Shown here: positions 61,901-64,000 of the stretch, piece by piece
Numbering within the stretch: the first letter of the stretch is position 1
Layout of the letters: every line of letters starts with the position of its first letter
Source: Narcine bancroftii
Lineage: Eukaryota
DNA length: 64,000 nucleotides
Direction: 5' to 3'
Assembly (NCBI RefSeq): GCF_036971445.1
Contig: NC_091481.1
Location: forward strand, 85,808,001-85,872,000
The notes under the pieces: generated by a model
Database searches by the model: none
What the model saw: only the letters and a program-made list of their open reading frames with translations
What the model was told of the DNA's origin: nothing
Position numbers and translations under genes: made by a program

Positions 61901-63629
61901 AGCCAGGATCACATTAATGGGCTGAATGGCCAACTTCTGCTCCTATTTCCAATGCTCTTTTTCTCTCTAGGCAGTGCTCACGGCGACTCTTTGTTGCCTT
62001 ACAGCAGAGAAACATTGAAGTAGATTACGTGTCAGTAAAAGGAAGCTTGAACCTTGATTTCTAACTGCAAAACCACTTTCATGTAGCTTCTGTGAAGAAG
62101 GTTGAAAATACTCCACAACCAAGGATGCGTGATCACACGCCAGAGAGCAAAAGCACAGCAAGATCCCAGGCGTAGCATTTGATGAGCTCATCTGCTCTGG
62201 TTTGTTGAGGAGGAACGGTGACCACGACATCCCTGGTGTTATAGTAAAACTCCTAAAATCCCAAAATAGTTGGTCCAGAGTTTCAGATTGTCCTGATTCC
62301 TGTGCGGCACGGTACATCTGTGGCGCTTATGTAATGCAAGCCTGCCCGCAATGCACGTCTTCCTGAAATGTATGTACACACATAAATTCTCACATAAAAT
62401 GCACGTCCAGCCGTAGTCCATGCACACAAAAGCCGAGCGTTTTCAAGAAGTCTGGAGTGGTCCACTTTTCAGGCTTTTACTGTAATGTCTTCTACCCAGA
62501 AGAGGAAATGGACCTACGGCTTCATGTGCCGACCAGTAGTTTAATGCTCCTCAGGTGCCATTTTATCAAGGCACACATCCCACCATGGGGGGAGGCTGGG
62601 ACCGCCTTCGGTATCTGCGTCATTGGAAGGGGTCGGGAGCTCCGGTCTGTGGGCAGCGGGTGGGGAACTGGGAGGCACTGGGAGCTCCCATGGGTGGGGA
62701 AGGCTGAGGTGAGATCCATGTCTGGGGGGGTGGGGGGTGGGCGGTGTTAGGAGTCCTGATGGGCGGGCAGCTGCGGCCGAGACGCAAGTCTGCGTTCAGG
62801 GCACCAGGAGCTCCGATAGGTGGGCGACTGGGCCCGAGGTGAGAGACTACGGTCAACTTTAACATGAGGTGTATGGCAAATTCCAGAATTTTTGGCCAAA
62901 AATAAGAGGAAGGGTTGAACTTTACATGAGATCGACTTTTACTTGAGCATTTATAGTCAGATGAGAATAAATTTGAACTAGGAAATGCTGCCTGCAATGC
63001 GCTGTATCGTTCAAGGCTATTACTCTCTCTTTGCTGGTCTTCTCATTTAATTTAAAACCCTCTGACACATGGCCCATTGGTCTTTATCCTTTTGTGGTTG
63101 AATGCCACTCATTAAACAACGTCCTTCATGTCTGGGAACAGAAGTTAGGCTCTTTCAGCACTGAATATTTACAAGGCCTAGTGTCCAAACTACGTTGGGT
63201 GATTCAGGATCTCTGCAGTTCCTTCAGGCAACCAGTGGTGTTTACACAGCTTATTTGCAATCACTGGGGGATACAGCTGCATACACACTCAAATCTGGCC
63301 TGGTTTACGGCCTCTGTGACTCGCACCGGTTGTGAGATGGGGTTGGAATGGTCAGCCCTAAACTTTAAGCTTCTGCTTTCAGTGATCTCCACTGAAGCCG
63401 GAAGTGTCTGCTGGTCACGGGCCTGGGTGATTCACACCTCAGAGGCATTGTCCACAAAAATACAGCAGACGCTGGTAACCACCCACCCCCCCAACCTTTG
63501 TCCAGTCCGGCAACAAAAAAGCAGAGTTAATTTTTCAAGTCAAAGACTTGCCACCAAAAGAATGAAGACTCTGTGACCTGTTTCTCACTCCACTGAAGCT
63601 AATTGACCTTCTGAGTATTTCCAGCATTT

Positions 63630-63935
63630 TCTGTTTTATTTTCAGGGATATTATTAGTGGGCTGAGGAACCGACAGGCTGAGGTTGGGCTGCTGGAGACC
63701 GGCTCGTGGGAACCAGGTGTCGGAGAGGGGGCTGAGGGCAAGAAGGGCTCCTGAAGGGGCCTTGGGCGCTGAAGGCTTCCTGATCGTATGGGAGGTTCGG
63801 ATCTGGAGCTCGGCGGCCGATGGATCGATCAGGGGTCTGTGCGTCTGCAGGAATTGCTGGAGCGAATCCACGGACACTCAGTGACTCTGAATGGATTCTT
63901 TTTTGCTTCTCTTTCTCTCATGTGGTAAGGGGCTC
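63630..63935 (+). mobile_element. Unclassified dispersed repeat; copies at about 900-1160, 5680-5930 and 53470-53610
   Basis: Shared core CACGGACACTCAGTGACTCT...CTTTTGCTTCTCTTTCTCTGACTGTAAGGGG. Confidence 0.6.
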
Positions 63936-64000
63936 TGGTGTCACTAGGGGGCTACGGACCGCACCAGGTGACTCCATCAGAGAGGGTGACACCAGAATAA

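Noticed and set aside
49000-64000. Signal-peptide exon 1 of the VEGF-like gene, and RAB4B/EGLN2 exons expected from human synteny
   Set aside because: I found no convincing ATG + hydrophobic leader + phase-0 donor, and no RAB4B/EGLN2 motifs by eye. They may lie outside the window or have been missed.

Overview
Vertebrate genomic DNA, repeat-rich and intron-containing, with a 200-N assembly gap at 31422-31621. The repeat landscape (CR1, RTE, L1/Tx1, Penelope, Rex/Babar-like elements, tRNA-type SINEs) suggests a cartilaginous fish; this is an inference. I reconstructed the genes by hand from splice sites. In order: the first coding exon of ACTMAP/C19orf54 (- strand, runs off the left edge), head-to-head with a complete SNRPA (U1A; 6 coding exons, 278 aa, with a recognisable PIE autoregulatory RNA element in the 3' UTR); a complete MIA/CD-RAP (+, 4 exons, 133 aa); a CIPC-like circadian repressor (-, large last exon); and a PlGF-like VEGF-family gene (-, exons 2-7 found, signal-peptide exon not found). 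The most interesting points are: (1) PGF-like and CIPC-like genes sitting in the ACTMAP-SNRPA-MIA block (human 19q13.2), possibly ohnologs lost in mammals; (2) a U1A PIE with one degenerate binding loop; (3) a duplicated MIA upstream element, whose upstream copy is split by an L1 while the intronic copy keeps the empty site. Most long ORFs in the supplied track come from tandem repeats or retroelements.
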